Origin: Gekko japonicus
Lineage: Eukaryota
Direction of reading: 5' to 3'
NCBI RefSeq assembly: GCF_001447785.1
Contig: NW_015167593.1
Location: 186,001-250,000 of the forward strand
Length of the DNA: 64,000 nucleotides
The notes under the pieces are model-generated. The model ran no database searches and had not been told where the DNA came from. It saw nothing but the letters and a program-made list of their open reading frames with translations. This document shows, piece after piece, positions 1 through 11,102 of the stretch (within the stretch, counting starts at the first letter, position 1; the number at the start of each line of letters is the position of its first letter). The position numbers and the translations under genes are program-made.

Positions 1-80
1 GTCAACAGGAACTCTGAGATGGAGCTGAAGTACGCTTTCCCCTCCTCCTGGTTCTGTACCAGCTCCATCACGTACAAGAC
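1..80 (-). CDS. EDC4: EDC4 coding exon 12 (partial, runs off window edge)
   Basis: Acceptor TTCCAG|GTC at 81-82; translates VLYVMELVQNQEEGKAYFSSISEFLL, matching recalled vertebrate EDC4 WD40 region. Confidence 0.93.
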
Positions 81-445
81 CTGGAAGGTGGGCAGCAGAA
101 AGACAATACCTGTAGCAGCATCAGCCATGGCAGACTGCCCCCAGGGGAAGAGTGTCTACATACCCATACCTTGGGCTAGGAGGACAGTTAGGGAGAACAG
201 GAAAGAAAGGACAAATTATCCCCCACACATACAGTTTAGGGGAACTGAAATGAGTAGTGGGGACAAACACCTTTTCGGAAAAAGTGAGATCTTTCAGTAT
301 TTACAACCAGTGCAGTCGTTATATAGTCCACGTAAAAGAAAACTAACGCTTTTCCCCCCTTAGTCGAGTGACTAATCTGCTAATCCCAGATTCATTTACA
401 GCAGTCATCTTATCTTTGCCTTATCTCACTTCTGCCACACAGTTG

Positions 446-897
446 TAACACAATAAATAAATAAATAAATCACAACAGTCACTAGTGGATGGTTTATATA
501 AACATGAAGAATCTAACCAATATTGGAAAACACATAAAACAACCCTCAATGTATGTAAAAAATACCAGTGATACAAAATCAGGCGTTCATGAAAGATACA
601 GGAAATAATAGTGGTACAAAAACAGGCATTCATGAAAGATGCGTCTATAATATGCTCGTTTTTCATCATACAAGCATCTTATATTATAGACACATCTTTC
701 ATGAACGCCTGTTTTTGTACCACTATTATTTTCTGTATCTTTCATGAACGCCTGATTTTGTATCACTGGTATTTTTTACATACATTGGCTCAGTAGTCAG
801 AGGGTTGTTTTATGCGTTTTCCAATATTGGTTAGATTCTTCACATTGATATAAACCATCCACTAGTGATAGTTGTGATTCATTCATTTATTTTGTTA
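446..897. repeat. Long near-perfect inverted repeat (~205-215 bp arms, ~28 nt loop) in EDC4 intron 11
   Basis: 446-652 is the reverse complement of 681-897 with scattered mismatches and a ~12-nt indel. Confidence 0.9.
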
Positions 898-982
898 TAT
901 GCAGTTTTGTTTGGAGGTTTGGTCGTCTACTGTGTATTTTCCCCCCTTTTTTGGCTGCACTTACACAGTTGTGGATGCCTAC

Positions 983-1085
983 CTTTCGCTGCACGTCGCT
1001 CAGGATCAGGTACTCAGCCGAGAGGTCCAGGCAGGCCTTGAGGCTGGGAAGGACACTCATGGAGCTGAATATATCTGGTGAAAAT
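983..1085 (-). CDS. EDC4: EDC4 coding exon 11 (103 nt)
   Basis: FSPDIFSSMSVLPSLKACLDLSAEYLILSDVQRK; acceptor GGAAG|A, donor AAG|GTAGG; phase fits neighbours. Confidence 0.93.
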
Positions 1086-1333
1086 CTTCCATTCACACAG
1101 CGAGAAAGTGGTGAGAACAGTTATTAATAGGTTGCCTAATGTTAAGATTTATTTTACCTAATCCTGTTAAAGTAACTGTTACTAAAATCTCAAAGGGTGC
1201 TTTTAAAAAAACCAAACAAAACTGTTTATTAAGACATAAGATATCACTCACTGCAAAAAGGGCCCACGTTTGATCATTTAGCTAGCTGATGGAATACAAG
1301 TTGGAGAATTTAGGAAGCTAGATCGGAACTCAC

Positions 1334-1429
1334 CGGATAGTCTGCAGACAGGTCCAGGATACCGTGCACCACATTTTAAGCTCTCTGTTTTGATCTGCTC
1401 CTGTGATGAGGAACCTCCAGAAAGGAACT
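1334..1429 (-). CDS. EDC4: EDC4 coding exon 10 (96 nt)
   Basis: VPFWRFLITGADQNRELKMWCTVSWTCLQTIR; CTGCAG| and |GTGAG. Confidence 0.95.
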
Positions 1430-1667
1430 CTGCAGAGAAGGGAAGGAACCGTCGACTGCCAGATAAAGGCTCTTCTGCCTACCCTTCCTGAGAACACAAA
1501 CTTGGAATACTGCATGTTGGGATTCTAGGCCTTCCTCTCTCACTGTCACACACGCAGGACACTTCTGCTTGATATTTGCTAGCCACCACATCAAAAAGCG
1601 TGGCTGGCTTTGTCTGTCCAGCCCAAAGTACTACAGGATTCTAGGTGGTAATGTGAATCATACACGA

Positions 1668-1865
1668 AGCTGCCTAATACTGAATCAGACCATCTGTCCA
1701 TCAAGGTCAGCATTGTCTCCTCAGACTGGCAGTGGCTTCTCAGGGTCTCAGGCAGAGGTCTTTTATACCGCTTACTGCTTGGTCGTTTTAACCTGAGATG
1801 CCAGGGATCGAACCAGGGAACGTCTACATGCAAAGCAGAGGCTCTTCGACTGAACCACAGCCCCT
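1668..1865 (-). mobile_element. tRNA-derived SINE (related copies ~4725-4905, ~23258-23455, ~38130-38335)
   Basis: tRNA-like A/B box head (GTGGxTCAGT..GGTTCGATCCC) with a shared body in several copies. Confidence 0.7.
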
Positions 1866-1897
1866 ACCCACAGCTCATAAAGTAGAGCCCCTGCAGC

Positions 1898-2104
1898 CAA
1901 TGTTCCCTCTAAGCTGTGGAGTCCTGTGAGCAGAAATTCTACTTTGTGAGCTACTGGCATTAAAGTTGTGAGCAGGTAGTTTGGCTGCTGCATAAAATTA
2001 GTTTGCTCTGGAGCCATCCTTCCTGAGCTAAGACAAAAATGTGTGAGCTGGAGGCCAAAAAACTGTGAGCTAGCTCACACTAACTCAGATTAGAGGGAAC
2101 ACTG
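1898..2104. mobile_element. hAT-type MITE (TIR CAGTGTTCCCTCTAAG family)
   Basis: Terminal inverted repeats; 8-bp TSD CCTGCAGC; related copies at 7445-7614, 30800-31001, ~45614-45819. Confidence 0.85.
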
Positions 2105-2571
2105 CCTGCAGCTGTGCTCCCCTGTGCATTCCAAAGAAGGGACTTAGAACGGTACAAAGGAGACTGTGCACCATCCCTGCTGAGGAGTGGAGTTCAGCTA
2201 TTGTCCCCCTTTCCACGTCCTACACCGGGAGGCATCTCCAGTGCTCCTGCTTCGGGAATACCTGCCTCTGATCCCCCCCTCCCCAATCTGGAAAAAGCAT
2301 CTCACAATCTTATAAAAATCCTGGTGTTACAGCCCCTCTCCAGACACATGCCCTGTGCTCAGAGACAAGATGCAAGGGGGCACACGGCATACAAGAGCTG
2401 TAAAAGCGCTTATCGACACCACCCAAGGGTACCTCTCTTCGGGTTCCCTGCACTACAGCAGTGAGCTGGGCTTGGAGCTCACCGACATTTTATCCCAAAA
2501 GTTCTTTACCCACAAGGGTCTTTCCGGTGAAAACGGAACGAGCTTCCTCACAAACTAAAACCACGTCTTAC

Positions 2572-2655
2572 TCTGGGTCTTGTTTTTTGTGATTGTCGCA
2601 GAACAGCAAGCAGGAGAGGGGCCTGCCGTCATGGGGCTTCCACTCGTGAAGGCAC
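2572..2655 (-). CDS. EDC4: EDC4 coding exon 9 (84 nt)
   Basis: CLHEWKPHDGRPLSCLLFCDNHKKQDPE; CCTAG| and |GTAAG. Confidence 0.95.
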
Positions 2656-2798
2656 CTAGGGAGGAAATCAAGAGAAACCGTGACCCACAACAAGCCTGCC
2701 CTTTCACAAGCACAGAGGAAATGCCCAACGGCCCAAGGAAAACTGCAGGCATGCTCGTTCTCAGATAGATCCCACCCCCTCGCTGCCTTTGAAGGTAC

Positions 2799-2908
2799 CT
2801 TGGTTCATCTTGCCCTTCTATGTAGATCTGCCAGAATTTGACATATCCGTCGTGGCTTGCTGTGGCCAAGACCGTTCCATCAGGGGAAAGGGCTCCTTCG
2901 CTCAGGCG
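2799..2908 (-). CDS. EDC4: EDC4 coding exon 8 (110 nt)
   Basis: RLSEGALSPDGTVLATASHDGYVKFWQIYIEGQDEPR; TTCTAG| and |GTACC. Confidence 0.95.
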
Positions 2909-3445
2909 CTAGAAAGAACCAAACCAGAAAGGCCCACGATCTAGAGTCAGTCTTTAACCCACCAAGAAAACCCCCAGCAACTCAGCTTCAGAGAGATGTC
3001 ACATAGCTGGGCGGTAGAGAAAGAAATGGGTGGATCCATATTCCACATAAAGATGGAACATGCTGGTAACTGGCCTGCTCTTTTGCCACTACTCTCGCTA
3101 CAAGTGCTAAGGTATCACACGGGTCAGTTTTGCTGCTAGAGAAGACAGGAAACACACATTTCTGTTCCTCTCTGCTTATTCTGGCCTGCAGCTCTGCTCC
3201 TGATAATATCTGCTCTTCCATAAAGACGGAATGACAAAGCTAAGATTTGGAGTCCCCCACACACAGTGTTCTCAGCAAGTGGACAGAGCCAGATGCTTCT
3301 TCAGAACACTGAGGCCTGTGTGCACACACGTGTGTTGAGGAATTAATTAAGCTACACAGCAAATGGGTCGGGTTCCAGCACCTGGCATAAGAAAGGTAAA
3401 ATGGGACCACCTGCCCCTAAAACAAGAGAGCGCCACAGTGGGTAC

Positions 3446-3550
3446 CGTGCTGTGTCCTTTCACGACGATGAAGCCCTCTTTGATACTGGTCACCTCCACC
3501 GGCCATGAACTGTGGTTGGCTCGGATTATGTCAAGGTCCCAAACCTCTGC
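3446..3550 (-). CDS. EDC4: EDC4 coding exon 7 (105 nt)
   Basis: AEVWDLDIIRANHSSWPVEVTSIKEGFIVVKGHST; TTGCAG| and |GTACC. Confidence 0.95.
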
Positions 3551-5144
3551 CTGCAAAACAAGGAGATGTTCAGACACTCACCACATACCGAAGTACTCTC
3601 AAGGAGCAGCTTAGGGGACCAGCCATCTTCATAAACTGCTTGCTCCATACTCTACACCACCTTCTGTCTTTATTCCTCAGGGCTGTAATCCATCCAGATA
3701 TAGCACAAGGGTATTGACTCGCTACTACCTCCTGAATTCTTTTCTCTTCCCTTTTTGCTTTCCATCATATTTGTTTAATAGATTTTTTTTTAATAAACAG
3801 GGTCCTGGTCTTTTATTTACTTAAGGTCTGCCAAGTACCATGTATGGCGTGGCTATGTCATAATAAATGATAGCTACAAACTACAAAATGATAGCTACAA
3901 GAGTCACACAGACTTTTCATGATTGCAACACGCAACGTTAACTTTCATATCCAAATCCAAAACCATTAACAGAACTTTTGTAGCATCCACTGCAAGTCAG
4001 TCCATATACCCAAGTGGCCATTCATAAACTGCTGAATGCACCAAACAATATATGTGAAAATGTACTGGAGCACAGTGCGATATTAAAGTAAGAACTACAG
4101 AGGATGATCACTTACATCCTAACTATACATTACACTGACCTTCAGGGGTATTATTTCGGGGTGCAAAGAAGAAATACTTGGGGAAGCAAAGAATCTAAGC
4201 CAGCAATTTTACCCTGTGGCCTTAACATTGATTACAGGTCAGCCATTCCCACCCAACATGGGAGTGCCTGCCTTTGAACACTACATGCTCAGGTGCCATC
4301 CCCTGCAAAGGGACACCGGCACTTACTGTGAGGGCTCCTCCTACTCTGGGGGAGGGTCTTCCTGTCTCCTTGTTTACAATTTCTTCGCTTCAGAGCTGTG
4401 CCATATTTCCCTGGCATGTTCAACCTTTTTTATAGTTTTTCCTCTCTGAGTTCTAGGAGAAGTTATTACAAGGCTTGGGGAGCACCTGAACTTTGGAGTA
4501 GGGTGACCCCAAACACTAGGAACAAGAACAAAGCCCCCGCCTCCTTAACTGGTTGGTGGGAATCACCCATACTAAGGTACCATCCCCCTCAGAAAGAGAG
4601 TGAGGGTTCACTGGGTGTCTCCGCAGTGTGGCAGCATGGGATGGGGGGGGGAGTCATGCCTGGCTGACTCTATTCGACTCTCACAGAACGGTCTGGGAGA
4701 CAGGCAAGGCTCTGACTTGAACACATGATGCTGCCTTATACTGACTCAGACCCTTGGTCCATCAGTATCATCTGCTCAAACCGGCAGAGGCTCTCCGGGG
4801 TCTTAGGAAGAGGTCTTCTGACCTACTACCTGATAACTGAATACGCCAGGGATTGAACCTGGGACCTTCTACGTGCCAAGGGGATGCTCTATGCCACAGA
4901 GCCAGAGCCCAGCAGCCAGGCAGTGATGCCTCTGTGCCGGGGACAACTTCGAGACTCACATATCGCCCTCCTACACCCCCTGCCTCATTACTTGCCAGGA
5001 CTATTTTCTCAGCCTTCAAAAGAAAGCATTCCTGTTTTTCCAGGGGACCTAGTCGGACAGAACTCATTACGAGCACTGGCCTTTTAATCACTTCTGTGCT
5101 TCTGAGGGTCCTGACGAAAGACTTCCTTTTGCAGGGGGTCTTAC

Positions 5145-5292
5145 CCTGTCCTCGTGCAGAAGTGCCAGGGTCTGGCTGCCTTCCTCGCAAGCCTCCTCGT
5201 TCTCATCCGGGATGAAGGGACACCAAATGATCCTCCGGAAGCTGTTCAGAGGAGTCCCGTCAGGTCGCTTGATGTTCACCAGGATCTCCTCG
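5145..5292 (-). CDS. EDC4: EDC4 coding exon 6 (148 nt)
   Basis: EEILVNIKRPDGTPLNSFRRIIWCPFIPDENEEACEEGSQTLALLHEDR; ATCAG| and |GTAAG. Confidence 0.95.
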
Positions 5293-5387
5293 CTGATAGC
5301 CAAGTTGAGGAACGGGTACAGATCGCCTTGCTTTACATAGCCTCCAAAATATTTACTGAAATCGGGGTGGGGGGCGGGGCTATTTTT

Positions 5388-6360
5388 CATAGAATCATAG
5401 AGTTGGACGGGACCTCCAGGGTCATCTAGTCCAACCCCCTGCACAATGCAGGAAATTCACACATACCTTCCCCTCTCCACACCCCCAGTGACCGCTGTTC
5501 CCCACCCAGAAGATGACAAAAACCCTCCAGGATCTCCAGCCAAACTGGCCTGGAGAAAAATTGCTTCCTGACCCCAATGGTTGCCAATAGCGTACCGGAT
5601 TCGCTTCAAAGTGCTGGTTCTTACCTATAAAGCCCTATATGGCCAGGGTCCAGCCTACCTGAGGGACCGCCTTTCCCCGTATGTTCCCCCAAGAGCACTA
5701 CGGTCAGGGGCCCAAAATTTGTTAGCCATCCCGGGCCCCAATGATACCAAGCTGGCTGCTAATAGGACCAGGGCTTTTTCGGTGGCGGCTCCTACCTGGT
5801 GGAATGAGCTCAGGGGAGATCCGGGCCCTGCGGGATCTTATGCAGTTCCGCAGGGCCTGTAAGACGGAGCTCTTCAGCCAGGCCTTTGAGTAGGAGCCGC
5901 TGCCTCTACTATACCACCACCGCCTTGTATTGGATGAAGCCCTGAAGAAACATCTTAATATTGAGCCGTGGGAAGTACCACTCGGAACTTCGGACCTACG
6001 ATCTGCCATCTCTGGAATTATGCAAGTTATTGAGCACCATGTTTTAATTCGGGATGTTTTTAAGATTTATTATATGTTTTTAAATCATTATGTAATATTA
6101 TGTTTTATTATGGCAAGGTTTTGCCTTGCCTCTGTAAGCCGCCCTGAGCCTATCGGGGAGGGCGGGGTATAAATGTGAAAAATAAATAAAATAAATAAAC
6201 AATGTGGCGATCAGCATTTCTCTGGGCGTGTAAGAAAGGGCCACGAGAACTAAGCACTGAGGCGACCCTTCCTGCCCTCCCTCATGATCTGCCTAAGTTC
6301 ACACAATCAGCATTGCTGACAGATGGCCAGCTAGCCTCTGCGTAAAAATCTCCAAAGAAG
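5388..6360 (-). mobile_element. CR1-type LINE 3' portion, interrupted by an L2 insertion
   Basis: catagaatcatagagttgg...ggtcatctagtccaaccccctg is a typical CR1 3' end; continues after 6200. Confidence 0.65.
5577..6200 (+). mobile_element. L2-clade LINE 3' fragment
   Basis: WLPIAYRIRFKVLVLTYKALYGQGPAYLRDRL..RAFSVAAPTWWNEL (L2 ORF2 C-terminus); (TAAA)n tail. Confidence 0.8.
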
Positions 6361-6552
6361 GAATACTTCCAACATAGAAATAAATGCAAAGGACTTGCTC
6401 TGGCTTTCCCCTACAGCAACCCAGTAAAGACCCAGATGGACTGTACCCCCTTCCTCCCAAGATTCAAAGACACCAACTCTGTGGCCTGGAGCTTCACTCT
6501 AACTTTAATTGAGAAGCTGTCTTTCTATTTCACAAAAAACCTTCCTTTCAAC

Positions 6553-6912
6553 CGGGGGTCATTTCGTAGAAAAAGAGGTGCAGGAGCTCATCAGCATAAC
6601 TTATTTGCATATGCCACACCCCGTGACATCACCGGAAGTGTGTCAGAAGGCAACACCCACCACACAGGCTCCACTGGACTGTTTTGGATTGCTAGCTATG
6701 GGGGGGGNNNNNNNNNNNNNNNNNNNNNNNNNNNNNNNNNNNNNNNNNNNNNNNNNNNNNNNNNNNNNNNNNNNNNNNNNNNNNNNNNNNNNNNNNNNNN
6801 NNNNNNNNNNACTGAGGGCTGCAGGGAGCAGGGCTTGTTGCATGTGCCCACCCCCTGGGCTCCTTACTGCCGGAGCTCCACTCCTGTGCGCTCCCGCAGG
6901 AAATTACCCCTG
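6553..6912. mobile_element. hAT-type MITE (CAGGGG TIR family, octamer-bearing), contains N gap
   Basis: 8-bp TSD CTTTCAAC; related copy at 54836-55148. Confidence 0.8.
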
Positions 6913-7444
6913 CTTTCAACAGAGATAGAAGAAAAGGATCTCTCGATCTTTACCCCTCGCCCACTTCAATCTTACAACCAGCTTCTGAACATTAAGCATA
7001 AACCCTTTATCTTTACACCCACTACTGGCCCCCGTTTCCCTTCTTCATCTTTCCTGTCACTCAAAACGTTCTAAAACAGCAGCCAAGTTCTAGGAGACAT
7101 CTCTGGTGTCTCTTTTTGTTGTGTACCCTTGTTTGCCTGGTTGCCATTTGCTTACTGGTGCATAGCCATATTTCTAATGCTGTGGTACTATTCAGTAGGA
7201 GACAGGTGCGAAGTATCGGCACTTTTTGCATTTCTAGAGAGGCCCAGATTGCAGGGCCATAACTCAGAAGCCATAAGAGGAAGCCAAACCCAAAGCATCA
7301 TCACAGGGAGGGAAATCCCTGATAGGAGGGCCAGAAGAACTCAACGATTTAGAGAAATGCTTAGTGACTGGATAAGAGCAATGCCATGCAAAAACATACA
7401 ATGCCCAGATCCTGAACAGCAGAAATAAGTAAAATACCACTGCA

Positions 7445-7614
7445 CAGTGTTCCCTCTAAGCTGAGTTAGTGTGAGCTAGCTCACAGTTTCTTAGCCTCCA
7501 GAGCAAACTCATTTATGCAGTAACCCAATCGCTCGCTCATGACTTTGATGCCAGCAGCTCACAAAGTAGAACTTTTGCTCACAACAAGACTCCACAGCTT
7601 AGAAGGGAGCATTG
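7445..7614. mobile_element. hAT-type MITE, same family, opposite orientation to 1898-2104
   Basis: TIRs; 8-bp TSD CCACTGCA. Confidence 0.85.
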
Positions 7615-7775
7615 CCACTGCATAACTGCAAAGTCTGAATGAGGGCACAGCAACCTGCTTCTTACGCATCGCGGCATCACCTGGCCTAATCAAGTGAACC
7701 CATGAAACCACCCACGGGGGCACCGACACCACAACCACCCCAATCCACAAAGCTTTGCCCGAGAGATAAAGATAC

Positions 7776-7965
7776 TGGATCTTTCCGTTCTCCATGGCCA
7801 GGTGCCACACAAAGAGGTTGCCAGCTTCATCCAGGCAGGCTAGCTGGTTGGAGTTGAGGTGGGCAAAGGCCAGGTCCGCCACGCCACCCGTGAAGCCTTT
7901 CAGCAGGGTCCGCTCGGCCGTGCTGATACTCAGGACCCGCACCATGGCAGAGCCGTTGCTGGCAA
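7776..7965 (-). CDS. EDC4: EDC4 coding exon 5 (190 nt)
   Basis: VASNGSAMVRVLSISTAERTLLKGFTGGVADLAFAHLNSNQLACLDEAGNLFVWHLAMENGKI; CCGCAG| and |GTATCTTT. Confidence 0.95.
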
Positions 7966-8159
7966 CTGCGGAAGAGGGGCAAGGAAGAGGTCAGCCAACA
8001 GGGCCAGGTTAGCACCCTTCGTACACCGGGGGGGGGGGGGGGGGGAAAAGGGGGCAATCCAGGGGCTCAAACAGCTCAACACAGAATAATGAAGAGGAAA
8101 GATAAAGAAGCCCATCCAAGAAGGTGCAATTTGGTATTGCAGAAAGACAGGCACCTCAC

Positions 8160-8259
8160 CTCTAATGGCATACGCCAGGTAGGCATTTGACACGGCGATC
8201 AGGTTGCCATAGTAGTATTTCTGCTCCCAATCATACCTTGCTACTGGCTGGATTTTTAC
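8160..8259 (-). CDS. EDC4: EDC4 coding exon 4 (100 nt)
   Basis: VKIQPVARYDWEQKYYYGNLIAVSNAYLAYAIR; CCCAG| and |GTGAG. Confidence 0.95.
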
Positions 8260-8334
8260 CTGGGGGAGGTTGACACAAAGAGCAATTAGAATGTGGATCA
8301 GCAACATGTGCCAGCAACAGTGGCACCCCAAGGC

Positions 8335-8541
8335 GGGAAGCGCCATCAAATTGCAGCTGACGTACGGCAACCCCAATGGGTTTACAAGGCAAGAGGCAGA
8401 GGTGCTTTGCCATTGCCTGCCTTTGCATAGCAACCCTGAAGTTTGTTGGTGGCCTCCTGTCCAAATACTAACCAGGGCCAACCCTGCTTAACTTCTCAGA
8501 TCTGATGAGATCGGGCTAGCCTGGGCCATCCAAGTCAGGGC
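8335..8541 (-). mobile_element. 5S rRNA-derived SINE (related copies ~32674-32870, ~55945-56605, ~44172-44320)
   Basis: Reverse complement CCCGATCTCATCAGATCTGAGAAGTTAAGCAGGGTTGGCCCTGGTTAGTATTTGGA resembles the 5S internal promoter region, followed by a non-5S body. Confidence 0.7.
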
Positions 8542-8713
8542 TCTTTGTACCCTAATGTTGGCCAAATACCATCAACGGCATTAACAGTCCCACGAGATGG
8601 CATGGTGGGTTGGATCGAGACAACAATTTCCACTAACAGACCGGGTTTTCACCGATTCCGCCCCTCCCATTGTGATCTCCAGTTCACCCTTCCCTGTGTT
8701 GTCCCTCGTTTAC

Positions 8714-8825
8714 CTTGTTGCTTCCTCTAGCTTTGCTGGTGATGCTGGAGTCGCTGCTGGCTACTATCTCAACATCTTTAGCTGTTATCACCACACAGGT
8801 GGAACTGTCATCACCAGAAAGGCAG
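8714..8825 (-). CDS. EDC4: EDC4 coding exon 3 (112 nt)
   Basis: CLSGDDSSTCVVITAKDVEIVASSDSSITSKARGSNK; CTTAG| and |GTAAA. Confidence 0.94.
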
Positions 8826-9446
8826 CTAAGAAAAGGGGTGGGGTGGAGAGAAAGAAAAAGCCAAAAGCATAAGAGATGAAAAGCTGAAGCGGCCAGTGGT
8901 TCAAAGGGTTGTAACTCAAAGAAGTCTCCAAGTTAAGCAGGAAACAGAAGACTGCAAACAAGGGATCTTCAGCATCTCACTGAGCAGAAATTCTAACAAG
9001 GCCTTTTTACAGGGAAAGATCTTTTGCTACGACACGGTGGATGCTGTTTGTGCCACGACTGTAACCAGTATTGACTGACTGCTTTAATCCTACGCACTTA
9101 CTCAAGATTCTGGGTTTGCTGTTCCTTCTAACCTTAGATTCCTGAATCAGGAAGGAAGGGAGCCATCCTGACAGATGTGTGGTTCTTAGAAGGAAAGCGA
9201 CTCTGAAGGGAGAAAACGGCAGCTGTAGCAGAAAGCACGGCAAAAGGGGCCTCAGTAGAACAGCTCCTGGAAATGCCAAGACTTTTGCTTTGCAACACTG
9301 CGTTTATTCACTTAAAAAGCTTCCATCCTAACTTTCTGAAGCTCAAGATAACCAACAATCAAAACTTAACACTTCGTGCAATAAGTGATCAAAATATTAA
9401 TGCGTGTCTACAATAATCACAGCAACAAATATAATAATAATAATAA

Positions 9447-10490
9447 TTATTATTATTATTATTATTATTATTATTGCATTAGCAAAAAAGCCATAGCAAC
9501 TGTACAGGGTAAAATAAAATAAATTAAAAAACAACAACAACACACACTTNNNNNNNNNNNNNNNNNNNNNNNNNNNNNNNNNNNNNNNNNNNNNNNNNNN
9601 NNNNNNNNNNNNNNNNNNNNNNNNNNNNNNTTCCCTATTCCACTTAGGACAAGAAAGCATTATATGATCTATAGTTTCTATCATCTCTTGTCCACAGTCG
9701 CAAACACGTTCCGAAAATGGAAGTCCCAAGAAACAACCAGAGAGCACCTTAGAGGGGAAGGAGTTAAGTCTCGCCAAGGTGAACGCTCTGCGTTGTCTTG
9801 GGATCTTTAAAGTGTAGCAATATGACGGAATAGCCTCGGGGGGGGCAAGACCCAAGGATAGACCAGAGCAAGTACGTCGAGCTCTTTGGAGGGTACTGCT
9901 GAAGTCAAGATCCTTTAGTTTTGATTTAATTTCTCTGAGCGACTCGTTTAACAATGAAGCTGTTATATCAATCCCCAAGGTTGTTAATTTCTGTGTAATT
10001 AGCTTTGATCGACTGCTCTTGTAGGTGTCACAGGGGATTAAATGTGAGAAACCCACTTTATTCGCAGCAACAAATATTACTCCCACAAACAAGATCTCAG
10101 CACCTCTAAAAGAGGTTAGGTCAGCCAGTGACCAATGCCCTGTGGAACACAACTGCCTTGCAAGCTTTCTGAAAAGCCACCAGGCTAATCTGGGTAATCC
10201 ATTCTATAAAGTCAGGGCTATGATGGAAAAAGCCCAAGAATGGGCTTAGGAACCATGAAAAATCCAAACTGGAAGGGGGATGCACAACAAGCAGAGACTG
10301 CTCAAATGTCCATATATAAACCTAGCCATGGCTGTAACTGTGATGCAGCCACAGTTCACCATTTATGTTTCCTGTTGCAGCGACCTAAAGACAATATGTC
10401 CAGAAGGAATGAACAGAGATCGGCAAGAATCAGGAATTGTAAGCCCCCATCTGGATCACTGGCAATGAAAACATCCAATCTGTTCCCACT
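9447..10490 (-). mobile_element. Non-LTR retrotransposon 3' fragment (RTE-X-like, clade uncertain)
   Basis: RRAFTLARLNSFPS..ERVCDCG..ETIDHIMLSC C-terminal CCHC knuckle; (AAT)n tail; N gap 9550-9630. Confidence 0.65.
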
Positions 10491-10945
10491 CTTGGCAGGG
10501 ACTATATAACTCAGTGGTAGAGTGCATGCATGGAACAAAGAGGGCCCCACTCTAAAGTCCTGGAATGTCTGCTTAAAAAGGGATCTCGAGTAGCAGGGCT
10601 AGGAAAGATTTTGGGGAGCCACTGTACCCAAAAAGCAGAAAGACCATTGATCTATCTAGCCAAGTACAGAGAACAAGGCTTTATAATGAACCCCTCATCT
10701 GCTGGGCAGCACACTAGTTTAAATTTCGATTTTTCCAGCGCCAAAGCTGCAAGCAATACCAAGTAAGCTTTAAACCAGTGGCCAAAGGACAACCTAGAAA
10801 CTTAGTCTTTGCAGGAGCGCTTTTCTGCTGAGCCACTATCCAGCAAGTGTTAAGCTTAAGTCTTTTGAAGTGGGTGTGCCACGTACAACTTTCTTCCTCA
10901 ATGATTCCTTGGGTTCTCACATTCCCCACCCAAGAAGATACCTAC

Positions 10946-11102
10946 ATGACTTGCTTCTCTTGCAGTGTTCCCAAGGGAACTGTCTGAGGCACCGACTTGG
11001 CCAAAGAAGCCCCATCTCCACCTGCTACGGGATCCGGCACCAGCAAACCATTCAGGTCTCCGTTGTATGAACTGGGTGGTCTTTGGTTTTCGTTCACTGA
11101 AC
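10946..11102 (-). CDS. EDC4: EDC4 coding exon 2 (157 nt)
   Basis: SVNENQRPPSSYNGDLNGLLVPDPVAGGDGASLAKSVPQTVPLGTLQEKQV; ATGCAG| and |GTAGG. Confidence 0.93.

Noticed and set aside
1898-7614. Inverted MITE pair driving circularisation or skipping of EDC4 exons 6-9
   Set aside because: Would require joining a U2-type site to a probable U12-type site, which is generally incompatible; the copies are short and diverged.
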